Shown in pieces: positions 40,206 through 49,948 of a stretch of DNA of 64,000 bases (its first letter is position 1; each line of letters starts with the position of its first letter). The stretch is taken from the NCBI GenBank assembly GCA_963422645.2, contig CAXXVO010000021.1, positions 64,001 to 128,000 on the forward strand, read 5' to 3'. The notes under the pieces are model-generated. The model saw nothing but the letters and a program-made list of their open reading frames with translations. It was not told the DNA's origin and searched no databases. Both the position numbers and the translations under genes were made by a program. This DNA comes from Alphaproteobacteria bacterium. GTDB lineage: Bacteria; Pseudomonadota; Alphaproteobacteria; UBA828.

Positions 40206-41200
40206 AGGGCTTCCCGACACGGGCGCCGATGCAGCTCGAGGATCGCCCCCGGGCGCAACAGTGGATGGTGGACACGCTGTGGGCCGAGCAGGCCGTGGGC
40301 ATCGTCGGCGGCGAGCCCAAGTGCGGCAAATCCCTGCTCGCGCTCGATCTCGCCGTCGCCGTGGCCACCGGCGTCCCATGCCTGCGCCACTACCGCCCCA
40401 GCGCAAGCGGCACCGTGCTGCTCTTCGCCGCCGAGGACGCCGGCCACAGGGTGCGCAAGCGTCTGCAGGGGATCGCCCGCGCCGCCGCCACCCCCTTCGA
40501 CGAACTCGACATCGCCGTCATCGACGTGCCCACCCTGCGTCTCGACCGGCCCGGCGACCGTCAACGCCTGCAGCAGACCGTGGAGCGCATCGAACCGCGC
40601 CTCCTGATCCTCGATCCCCTGGTCCGCCTGCACAGCGTCGACGAGAACGCCGTCGCAGAGATCGCCCCCATCCTCGGCTTCCTGCGCGAACTGCAGCGCC
40701 GCTTCGAAACCGCCGTCCTCCTCGTCCACCACGCCCGCAAGAGCGGCGGCACCCGGCCGGGGCAGGCCCTGCGCGGGAGCAGCGAGCTGCACGCTTGGGG
40801 TGACTCAAATCTGTACCTGCGCCGGCGCGACAAGAAGATCGTCATGACGGTCGAGCAGCGCGACGCCCGGGGCCTCAACGACATCGAGCTGGAACTCGTC
40901 GACGGCGGACATGGGCCGGCCTTCCGTCTGCACCAGGACGCGGCAGATGAAGACAGGCACGAGCCCGCCACCGTCGAGCAGCGCGTCTTCAAGGCGATCG
41001 AGCAGGCCGAAAAGCCGCTCTCGAAAGCCCAGATCCGCTCACGCGCCGCTGCCCGCAACGCCACCGTCGTTGCCGCCATCGAGAGCCTCACCAGGGAGGG
41101 GCGCATCGAACGGGCGCCCAGGGGTGGCTATCGCCTCGCAGCCGCCGAGGCGCACCGGGAGCCGCAATCCCCTGCCGCCATCAACGGAAGTGCGGGATGA
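40202..41200 (+). CDS. AAA_25/RepA-like (SF4) helicase-type ATPase with C-terminal wHTH-like region
   Basis: GGEPKCGKS, AAED, LLILDPL, LLVHHARK, LRGSS. Confidence 0.85.
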   Translation: MKGFPTRAPMQLEDRPRAQQWMVDTLWAEQAVGIVGGEPKCGKSLLALDLAVAVATGVPCLRHYRPSASGTVLLFAAEDAGHRVRKRLQGIARAAATPFDELDIAVIDVPTLRLDRPGDRQRLQQTVERIEPRLLILDPLVRLHSVDENAVAEIAPILGFLRELQRRFETAVLLVHHARKSGGTRPGQALRGSSELHAWGDSNLYLRRRDKKIVMTVEQRDARGLNDIELELVDGGHGPAFRLHQDAADEDRHEPATVEQRVFKAIEQAEKPLSKAQIRSRAAARNATVVAAIESLTREGRIERAPRGGYRLAAAEAHREPQSPAAINGSAG

Positions 41201-41261
41201 GGCGTTCCCGTTCCCGTTCCCGGAACTCTTAAGCGTTGAAGGGTACAGGAACGGGAACGCC
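41201..41261. repeat. 14-bp perfect inverted repeat with GTTCCC iterations, origin-like
   Basis: GGCGTTCCCGTTCC (41201-41214) / GGAACGGGAACGCC (41248-41261); GTTCCC x3 at 41204-41221. Confidence 0.75.
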
Positions 41262-41302
41262 GTCAGCCTCCCTTCCAAGCAGACCTTCGCCGGGACCCGG
41301 CA

Positions 41303-42172
41303 ATGAGCGGCGGCGATCCCCTGGCCACCTGCCGCAACATCCCCCTCGACCGGGTCGCCGCCGCCCTCGGCTACCGCAGAGACCCGACCGACCGGGCGCG
41401 CTTCAAGCGCGGGGGCTCGGTCATCAGCATCAACGGCGAGAAGTTCTTCGATCACCTGCGCGGCACGGGAGGGGGTGGCGCCATCGACCTCGTCATCCAT
41501 GCGACGGGATGCCGCTTCCCGGAAGCCCTCCGCTTCCTCGGAAGCCATGAGGGGCGGAGGGAGATCACCACCATCCCAGCCGCCCCGCGACGCCTGCGGC
41601 TGCCAAGGCCCAGTCCCCGCGCCTGGCCCAGGGTCCGGGACGCCCTCATCCGCCAACGCGCTATCGGCACCGACGTGCTCGAAGCCTGCCACGGCCGAGG
41701 CCTCCTCTACGCCGATGACAGGATCAACGCCGTCTTCATCTGCCGAAACGCCAGCGGGCACACGACCGGCGCCGAGATCCTCGGCACCGCGCCGCAGCCC
41801 GGAACAAAACGCTTCAGGGGCATGGCCCCGGGATCGCGCAAGGCGCGTGGCGGCTTCTGGCTCCACTGCGACCGAAACCAGCCCGCCCTCGTCATCCTCA
41901 CCGAGAGCGCCGTCGACGCCATCTCTGCACGAAGCCTGCGCGTCGAGGGGACGCGCGAGAACGGCGCCGTCGTCGCCTCAACCGCCGGCATCGCCAGCTC
42001 GGTCCCGCCCTGGATCAAGGAGTGGAAGCCACGTCGCATCGTCTGTGCCTACGACGCAGACAGCGCCGGCGACACTGCCGCCGAGCATCTCGTGCTCAAC
42101 GATCCAAGGGTGAAAAGGTTGCGCCCACGACACGCCAAGGACTGGAACGAGATGCTCCTGCGGTCTCGATGA
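41303..42172 (+). CDS. DUF3991/TOPRIM primase-like protein
   Basis: GGGGAIDLVIH, ILTESAVDAIS (catalytic E), CAYDADSAGD (DxD), KDWNE. Confidence 0.82.
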   Translation: MSGGDPLATCRNIPLDRVAAALGYRRDPTDRARFKRGGSVISINGEKFFDHLRGTGGGGAIDLVIHATGCRFPEALRFLGSHEGRREITTIPAAPRRLRLPRPSPRAWPRVRDALIRQRAIGTDVLEACHGRGLLYADDRINAVFICRNASGHTTGAEILGTAPQPGTKRFRGMAPGSRKARGGFWLHCDRNQPALVILTESAVDAISARSLRVEGTRENGAVVASTAGIASSVPPWIKEWKPRRIVCAYDADSAGDTAAEHLVLNDPRVKRLRPRHAKDWNEMLLRSR

Positions 42173-42466
42173 AAGCCAGGCCACTCACCGCTCTCGCAGA
42201 TCAACCAAGCGCCGCATCACGAACATCAAATAATCCGAAAACCGCACCATCAAATGCTGGGCGCACGCTCAGCCGGACCGGAAAGCGTCGCCGACGCTGC
42301 GTGACCCAACCCCGTTCACTCCGCCTCACTCCACAAGTTCCCAACGAGCACAAACCGCTGGCGCCGTTCTTACACTCGCGGCTCTCTCCCCCTTCGGCTC
42401 GTAGTAGAGCGAGGAGCGCCCGATCGACAGCGCGCGGCATTACCCATCCACCTGCTTGCCATAGCA

Positions 42467-42570
42467 CGACATGTCGATCTATTGTCATTTCTTCGACACG
42501 TTTGGATGACATGTCGACGGAAACGACATGTTCGGACAATGTGTCGACAGGAGCTGGATACATCGACATG
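42467..42570. promoter_or_regulatory. Cluster of CGACA(T/C)G motifs and GACATGTC palindromes upstream of fic
   Basis: CGACATGTCG at 42467-42476, GACATGTC at 42508-42515, further partial copies near 42493, 42524, 42542, 42563. Confidence 0.45.
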
Positions 42571-43653
42571 ACCTTCGATCCCGGTCATCCCTTCAATGAC
42601 CTCCCGAACCTGCCACCGGCTTCGGAAACCGAGACAAAGGCCATTCTTCGGAGTTGCATTGCCGCGCGCGCGGCACTGGCGGAACTCCGCGTCTCCGGGA
42701 AGCTCATCCCGAACCAGGCGATGCTGATCAACTCGATCCCCCTTCTCGAAGCGCAGGCGAGTTCCGAGATCGAGAACATCGTGACGACGGCCGACCGGCT
42801 GTTCCGCTACGCCAACGACGCGACGGGTCGAGCCGACCCTGCCACCAGGGAAGCTCTGCGCTACCGCACCGCGTTGCACCGCGGTTTCGAGATGCTGAGC
42901 CAACGGCCGGTTTCGACCGTCATGGCGGTCGAGGTCTGTCGAACGATCAAGGGTGCGGATCTGGATATTCGCAACACGCCGGGAACGGCATTGGTGAACG
43001 ATGCAACCGACGAGGTCATCTACACGCCGCCGGAGGGAGAGGACGTTCTCCGGGGCAAGCTCGCCAACTGGGAGCGCTACATTCACGAGGCCGAGGAGAT
43101 CGACCCGCTGATCCGCCTTGCGGTCATGCATTATCAGTTCGAGGCGATCCACCCGTTCGTCGACGGAAACGGCCGGACCGGACGCGTGCTGAACCTGCTC
43201 TATCTCGTTGACAAGGGCCTGCTCGATGTTCCCGTCCTTTATCTCAGCCGGCACATCATCCGGAACAAGGCGCTCTACTACCGGTATCTGCTCGAGGTGA
43301 CGACCCGACAGGACTGGGAAGCATGGATACTCTTCATCCTGGAGGCTGTCAGAACGACGGCGGAATGGACGACGGCGAAAATCCGCGTGATCCGGGAGCT
43401 TCTCGACGAGACGGGCGTCGCAATTCGACAGAGGATGCCGAAAATCTACTCCCGGGAACTGGCGGAACTGATCTTCGTGCATCCCTACTGCCGGATCGGC
43501 GACGTGGTGGCAGCGGACATCGCCAAGCGTCAGACGGCTGCTGTCTATCTGAAAGCCCTCGCAGCCGAAGGTCTCCTCGAGGAAATCAAGGCTGGGCGCG
43601 AGAACCTCTACATCAACCCCCCGCTCCTGGCCCTTCTGTCCGATCACGCTTGA
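42568..43653 (+). CDS. fic: Fic family protein adenylyltransferase (Fic_N + Fic + HTH)
   Basis: EAQASSEIENI inhibitory motif; HPFVDGNGRTGR. Confidence 0.92.
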   Translation: MTFDPGHPFNDLPNLPPASETETKAILRSCIAARAALAELRVSGKLIPNQAMLINSIPLLEAQASSEIENIVTTADRLFRYANDATGRADPATREALRYRTALHRGFEMLSQRPVSTVMAVEVCRTIKGADLDIRNTPGTALVNDATDEVIYTPPEGEDVLRGKLANWERYIHEAEEIDPLIRLAVMHYQFEAIHPFVDGNGRTGRVLNLLYLVDKGLLDVPVLYLSRHIIRNKALYYRYLLEVTTRQDWEAWILFILEAVRTTAEWTTAKIRVIRELLDETGVAIRQRMPKIYSRELAELIFVHPYCRIGDVVAADIAKRQTAAVYLKALAAEGLLEEIKAGRENLYINPPLLALLSDHA

Positions 43654-43747
43654 CTACCCGACACGGCTTAGGGCCGGCATCGGTCATCGTCAACCGGCGC
43701 AGTGCATGCCCAACATGACTGGAAGCTTCCGAATCGCGGCGCTAGTT

Positions 43748-43897
43748 TCAGACTTCCTGACCTCTGCTGATTTTAGGTGACACGAGCCGCGCGGATTCCG
43801 AGGCCCCGTCGATGTCGTAGACTCAGACTTCCTGACCTCTGCTGATTTTAGGTGACACGAGCCGCGCGGATTCCGAGGCCCCGTCGATGTCGTAGAC
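43748..43897. repeat. 75-bp tandem duplication of an IS end
   Basis: TCAGACTTCC...GTCGTAGAC at 43748-43822 and 43823-43897. Confidence 0.95.
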
Positions 43898-46182
43898 TAT
43901 GCGCAGACGGGTGCCGGGGAAGACCGTTTCGGTGGCGTTCAGGTCGCTCAGAACCGCATCGATCCAACGGTCGCAGGCGTCGTTTGCGAGGCCAAGAATG
44001 TGGACCCGCAGGAGGCCATTGCCAGGATCCGGCAGGATGTCGGCATCGGCGGTGAGCAGCGCTTGAAGCAGTTTCCGGGGATGGGGCTTGTGGCCCTGCG
44101 CCTGCATGACGGGAAGCATCATGCGGGTTTCGGCGCGGTAGGCGATCATCCGGATGACGTCGAGGAGGAGGCGCTCGCGCGCGGGCAAGGCATCGAGCTG
44201 CTCGGCTTCGTCGAGGTCGCCGGCCCGGCAGTGCTTGGGCGTCTCCCTGCGGCTGGCCCTGACGATGTCGCGGACATCCTGGAGGTCCCTGACTTCCCTC
44301 CTGAGTTCCGCCGTCGGCTGCTTCTTCCGGGCCGTGTCGGCGATGCGGTTGCGCAGGCGGCCAAGCTGGCGGTCGAGGCGATGGATTGCCTTGTCATAGG
44401 CCCGCCGCAGCGGGTTGACGACCATGGCGGCGGGATCGAGAGGCTCGAGCTCGTGGGTCGGCAGGGCGTCGAGATTGAACTCGTCACGCATGTACTTGAA
44501 GAAGTTCTCCTGCGACCAGCGCGAGAACATGGCGCCCGCAACCTCAGCCATCGGCTTGTGCGGATCGGTGGTGATCAGCGGCACCTGACGGCCGTTGTCG
44601 AGCAGGCGGCGGATCTGGCGCACCCTGAAGCCGTTCGGCAACGTCACCGGCTTCTCAGCCAGCCGCATGGTGGCGCTGCCGTCCGCCGCCGGTCCGTGAA
44701 TGGGAACGGTCATCGCGCCGAAGTCCTCGGCCGGCCAGTCCTCGCCCCTGAAGTTCTTGTGCCAGGTCAGGCAGGCGACGCCGCGCCTCGCCAGCCGGCG
44801 GAACAGATCCGGGCTCCAGCCCTCGCGGTCGAAGACCAGGGTGAGCGCCGGCTGGCCGGGATGCTCGGCGGTCAGGTCCGGCGCCCCGGCGCCAACGATC
44901 CCAAGCTCCTGCAGCGCCGGCACCACGTCGGCTTCGATGGCCGCGACCATCTTCGGGTCCAGCGGCTTGTGCAGACAGAGCAGCGGCTTGCCGCCCAGAG
45001 CGTTGATCCAGTAGCTGGCGCTCGCCGGCAGGCACAGCTTCTCGCGCGAGACGAAGTGCTTGGGCAAGCGCCCCTTGCGGCCGGAGTAGACCTTGACGTG
45101 CCCGTCGATGGCCAGCGTCGCCCAGAGCTCCGGCTCGTCGGCGCCTGCCAGCGCCTGGCAAGGGCGAGCTGCCACGCCCGCACGCCGGCCTCGTCGTCGG
45201 CGATGAGAGCGATCTTGCGGCGCAGCGTCTTGACCTCGGGGCAGCGATCGAGGCCGAGAATGGCGCCCCATTCGCCCGGCGCCTGGTAGCGCAGGCTCTC
45301 GGGGTTGCGCACCCGCGCCAAGGTCATGAAGGCCAGGAAGAGCAGGATCGTAGGCAAGCCGTAATAGCCCTTCGGCAGCAATGGCAGGAGACCGGTCTCG
45401 GAGAGAAGACCTTCCTTCAGCAGGGCCGGCAGGGCGGCGAGCACGCCGCCGAAGCGGACACCGCGGGCGGCGGCGGCGAACTGCGGTTCGACCGGCCCCG
45501 CCTGTCCACAACTGGCCAGAACCCGAGCCGGAACATCGCAAGTCGCACGCCCCATCGGCGCCTGCCGGTCCCGCCGATCGCGCGCGCTGCGATCCGTTTG
45601 CGGCTGCGCTTCCAGCCCCGGCGCCGTCTCCGGCCCCGGGGCACCGGTACTCTCTTCATCGACACGGCCTTCAGGAGCCGCACCCGCGTCAGGCGGCGCA
45701 GCCAGCGCTGAGCGTCCGGGCTCCCCATCCGCCTCCGTGTTGCCGATCAGTCCCTGACGGCGCCACTTGTTGACCGATGGCGCTGACACGCCGAGAACCC
45801 GGGCCGCCGCAGAGCCGCTCAGGCCCGATGCCAGCAACGCCGTCGCCTTCTCCGCCAACTCCGGAGTGAACACCGACGGCCCGCGACCGCGCCGGGGCTT
45901 CATGAACCCCGCTTCGCCCTCGGCCAGGTAGCGCCGTCGTGCGCGCTGCACCGTCGCGCGCGAGACAGCGAAAGCGTCAGCCAGTTCCTGCGGCGAGACC
46001 GCGCTGATCGCCGCGAGGCGGCCGATCCGCAAGAGCATGGCCGTGCGGTCATCGGCGGCGTGGCTGTCAAAGGGAATGAGGTTGGAAAAGTAGGTGAAGG
46101 TGTCGTCCGAGATCAGGACGGCGAAGCAGCTGTTGCCGATCGAGACCGCCTCTGGAGGGCACATTGGGAGGGTACTGGGCAT
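43823..46182 (-). pseudogene. Large DDE transposase with frameshift near 45145
   Basis: N-terminal HTHs; IDGHVKVY, VFDREG, RWSQENFFK split over two frames. Confidence 0.82.
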
Positions 46183-46337
46183 GGTTGAGACCGTGCAATT
46201 GGTATCAAATTATAATATCAGACCTCGGGCGCGACACCCAGCGAAAAACCGCCTGAAACAACCGAAATGTATCAGAATTCAAGGAGTTCCCGGCACGCTG
46301 CCCAGAACAGCCAGCATCACGAGGTCAGGAAGTCTGA
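43823..46337 (-). mobile_element. Unclassified (Transposase_29-like) IS
   Basis: 17-bp perfect IR TCAGACTTCCTGACCTC at 43823 and its complement at 46321-46337. Confidence 0.85.
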
Positions 46338-47027
46338 GGCTGCACGTCGACACGGCCGATGGCGGAGTCCCCATCAGCTGCATCATGACGTCTGCGTCGA
46401 CGCATGACTCCCAGGTGGCGATTCCCTTGGGAACCCTGACGGCCGGGCGGGTCGAGAGCCTCTATGACCTTATGGACGCGGGCTATGATTCCATCGAGAT
46501 CTGGGCGCACAGCATCTCGCTTGGCCACAAGCCGATCATCGACGTGAACCCGCGCCGCTCGGTCGACATGCAAGAGGCGTTGAGGCGCGAGAAGAAGGCG
46601 CGGCGGGCACTCGGTCTCTTCTTTCCCGCAGAGCGTCGCTACGTCGTGCGCTCGGGGTCCGAGCGGATCAATGGGCGGCTCAAGGATGAGTTCGGCGGCC
46701 GCCATGTCCGCGTGCGCGGGTACGACAAGGTGCTCGCCCACCTGATGTTCGGCATGACCGTTCTGAAGGCCAGCCAGCTGATGCGCCTCATCGTTCCGCC
46801 GATCTAGTCCGGCTCGTCTCCTTCGCCAACACGGTGGCCGCACTTCTCGAAAGAGGGTGCGGCCAAACGCGCCCGAAGTTCGATGAAAATACCGAATCGG
46901 AGGCTGTGCCAACGCTGATCTGATCATGGTCGCCATCAAAATCGCGCCAATTGCCGTGCGCCGTCGTCGCTGCTGGCTTGGGTGTTCTTGCGCCGCTCCG
47001 AATCGATCAGAGTTTTGCAAGCGGCTC
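46338..47027 (+). mobile_element. 3' remnant of IS1182/IS5-like element (transposase fragment 46338-46807)
   Basis: SASTHDS, MDAGYD, RSGSERINGRLKD; probable end TTTTGCAAGCGGCTC at 47027. Confidence 0.7.
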
Positions 47028-48036
47028 CCTGTCCAAAACCAGAAAAGTGCGCACGAAAGTCCGCGTAGTAGCGAAGATGCTTGTTTATCATGCTCGGGAC
47101 TTGTCCAGCAGAAAATCATTTTGCCGGGCAGCTCGAAATATTCCTGTTCGTCTTTAAGGATCGAAGCCCACTCGTTCTGGGAGACGGGCATGCCGAAAGG
47201 TCTTCCAATCAACTTTGAGCCTGCAAGCATCCTGGGTCCCGGCGCAACAGGAATCAACCGAACAATGCGAACGCCATGATCAGTGGAAAGTCCAAAACTT
47301 TCAAGCACTCTGGATGGCTCACGCCATATGAGGGCAATCGATGTCAATGCGAGGCGGGCTGCGAGAATGGTGCGCTCCTCTCCCAATTGCTGTGACATTT
47401 CTTCGGTCGTAACGGTGCAAACCATTTGAGCATCGCACAAGACGCGAAAAATCGACTCTTCCCGAATCGAATCAAGCGAAGACTCGCGTTTCCTCAACTT
47501 CTTTCCACAAAAGACACGCGTTAGCCGACGATGAGTTATGTTGCTGATATCGCAATTCTTCAGGGCATGATCCAACCATCCTGACGTTGTTTCGAAGACA
47601 ACAGGTCCTATCGCAAATGGGTCTCTTGAGGGTTCGGAAAATAGTCGACACCTAGTGATCGACCGCGAGAGCCGTGCTGGACGGAATACTCGTCCAATCT
47701 TGATTCAATTTTCACTTTCAACTGTTTTGCGTTTTCGCGAGCAGTCCGACTTAATTCCAGTTGTGCTAGAGCGGGATCGAATGCTGCTCTTGTCGTTGAA
47801 AGCCATTCCTTAAGGCTGTGTTTATCACGAGCATAGGGTTGTTGCTGGAGCATCCAGTCCGCGACCTTTTGTATTTCAGTTTCAATCACTTCATTCGTCA
47901 CGATGGAACCACCCGAGCCAGCGTAAATCAGGCTAGGTAAACCCTGGCCGTCTTGCTGCAAGTGGCGCACTGGATCGAGGTGGATGACGCTGAGTTCGTG
48001 GATAATTCGTTCAAGTGGACCGTAGATGTCAGTCAT
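47028..48036 (-). pseudogene. Low-GC hypothetical protein (possible HEPN/ApeA-like N-terminal part), frameshift near 47652, 3'-truncated by IS
   Basis: ORFs 47608-48036 and 47575 onward join with a 1-nt shift; ends at LSCALFWFWTG at the IS boundary. Confidence 0.55.
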
Positions 48037-48421
48037 GTGATATGGGTCTCCGATGTTGGTGTAAAGACGTTCACACTCTCAACGATTTTCCCGGTCCGGT
48101 CGGCGAGGCGGCCCCGGCTTTCTAAACGAGTCAGTAAGGGCGGCACGAGCGCTGGTTTCTGCCTTTGCTCCTCTCCGCGTACCCGCTGAAATTTACCGGT
48201 CGCGATGACTGGCGCTCCTTCACGGCGACCGCACCGGCGCTGATGAAGGCTCGTCCCCTCGACACGATCCCAGACATTTAGCATATGTTCCGCTCCACCC
48301 TAGGTGAACCTCCATGGTTCTTTGCCTGCATCGTAGCGGTCGAGGCCACCAGGGCCGGTGTGCACCACCGCCTTCATCGTGCGGCTCATCGGTAACTCCA
48401 CCTTGTGGGCCTGTGGGTTTG

Positions 48422-49830
48422 TGTCGAGAACATTCTGAACTGACCGGTTTATGTACCAGATGAGTTGACCGCTTCTGCTGTTGGTGTTGGGCCTGTGGAC
48501 AAGTGGTCAGGCGCGGAGCGGCTATCCACTTGTCCACAGGCCCTTGGCCGGTCGCATCGAAGCGGCTCACGCGGCCTGCCGGGTTGAGGTGTCGATGGGC
48601 TCGCCGGCGGCCTTGTAGCGGGCGAGGCATCGGGGTCCGTGGAAGACGGCGAGTGTGCGGTCGGGATACTCGTGCACCCGGACCGTGGCCTTGACGTAGT
48701 GGCGGCGGTGGCGGTCGGGCGGGATCTGCAGCGTCAGCCCGCGATAGCGCACGGTGTTGTCGTTGCCGACGACGCGGTCCTCCTGGACGCAGAGGATGTC
48801 ATCGAGCGCGGCGCCGGCGGCGAAGGGCACGAAGGCGGAGCCCTGGCCCTCGGCCGGGGTGGCGAAGCGGGCGTTGTGGAGCGGCAGGTAGACCTCCTTG
48901 AGGAAGCGGTTGGCCTCTTCGATCGCGCTGATGCCGGCGAGCCGGAGCTCCTGGGGCAAGCGTTTCTGCAAGGTGCCGAACATGCGCTCGGAGCGCCCCC
49001 TGGCCTCGGGCGAATACGCCGGGATCAGCTCGATGCCGAGCCGGTGCAGCGCGCGCCCCACCTGGGTCGGATTGTCCTTGTCCACCTTGCCGCCCGCGTC
49101 CGGCGTGTGCCAGTAGTGGCTGGCCCGGTCGGCATAGAGCGAGCAGAACAGCCCGCGCTCCCCGATCACCTCACAGAGCGCCGGAAGCTCGACATCGTGC
49201 CCTCTTCCTCGACGAAGAAGGCCGAGTAGATCTCGCTCGTGGCGTCGTCCATGGTGACGATCAGGTCCCACCAGCGGCCGCGAACCCACTCATGCCGCGA
49301 GCCGTCCTGGTGCACCATCATGCCAGGCAGCGCGCGCCGCGGCCGCTTGCGCCGGTGCGCGCCGCGCCGGGGTGCCGGGCGCATGCGCCCACGTGCCTGC
49401 AAGGTCAGCCGTACCCAGTTGTAGCTGCGCTTGCAGCCGTGCTCGGCGACCAGCTTCTCGTGGAAGTGCTTGGCGGTGAAGTCCCAGTAGCGGGTGTCGA
49501 AGAGCGCAAGCACCCGCGCCACCTCGTCCACCGGCGCGCGCCGGGCCGAGACCCGGCTCAGGCGGCGATCGTAGAGACCCTCCGCGCCTTCCGCCTCAAA
49601 GCGACCGCGCCAGCGCCGGAAGGTGCGCTCCGACATGCCCAGAACCTCCGCCGCCTCCGCCTGGCTAAGCTCACGGCGCAACGTGCGCCCATAAACCTCT
49701 TCGAACTTCATCAATCTCAGCCCCTGTGCCTGCTCCGTCCGACGCATCCAAACCCTCCATGGCCTGGATGCCTTCTAAAACCGGACAGATCATCTGGTAC
49801 ATGCACCGGACATATCCCGTGTTACCAACA
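48422..49830 (-). mobile_element. ISNCY/IS1202-like element
   Basis: IRs TGTCGAGAACA..CCGG..ATGTACCAGATGA and rc TGTTGGTAACA..CCGG..ATGTACCAGATGA. Confidence 0.85.
48567..49747 (-). pseudogene. IS1202-like transposase, 1-nt frameshift near 49181
   Basis: HQDGSRHEW, MDDATS | LYADR, SPEARGRSERMFGTLQ. Confidence 0.85.
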
Positions 49831-49948
49831 GTTAGTAACTGCCCAGGTCGTCTGATTTGTCATTTTGGGCCAGTGGATTGAGGCGTTTCTCGTTCGGAGT
49901 TGGTGGAAAGGGCTTGACGGGAATTTCGGGAAATGACTCAACAACGAC

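Noticed and set aside
48380-49840. dif/XerCD site next to the IS1202-like element
   Set aside because: No recognisable XerC/XerD arm (e.g. TTATGTTAAAT) in either flank
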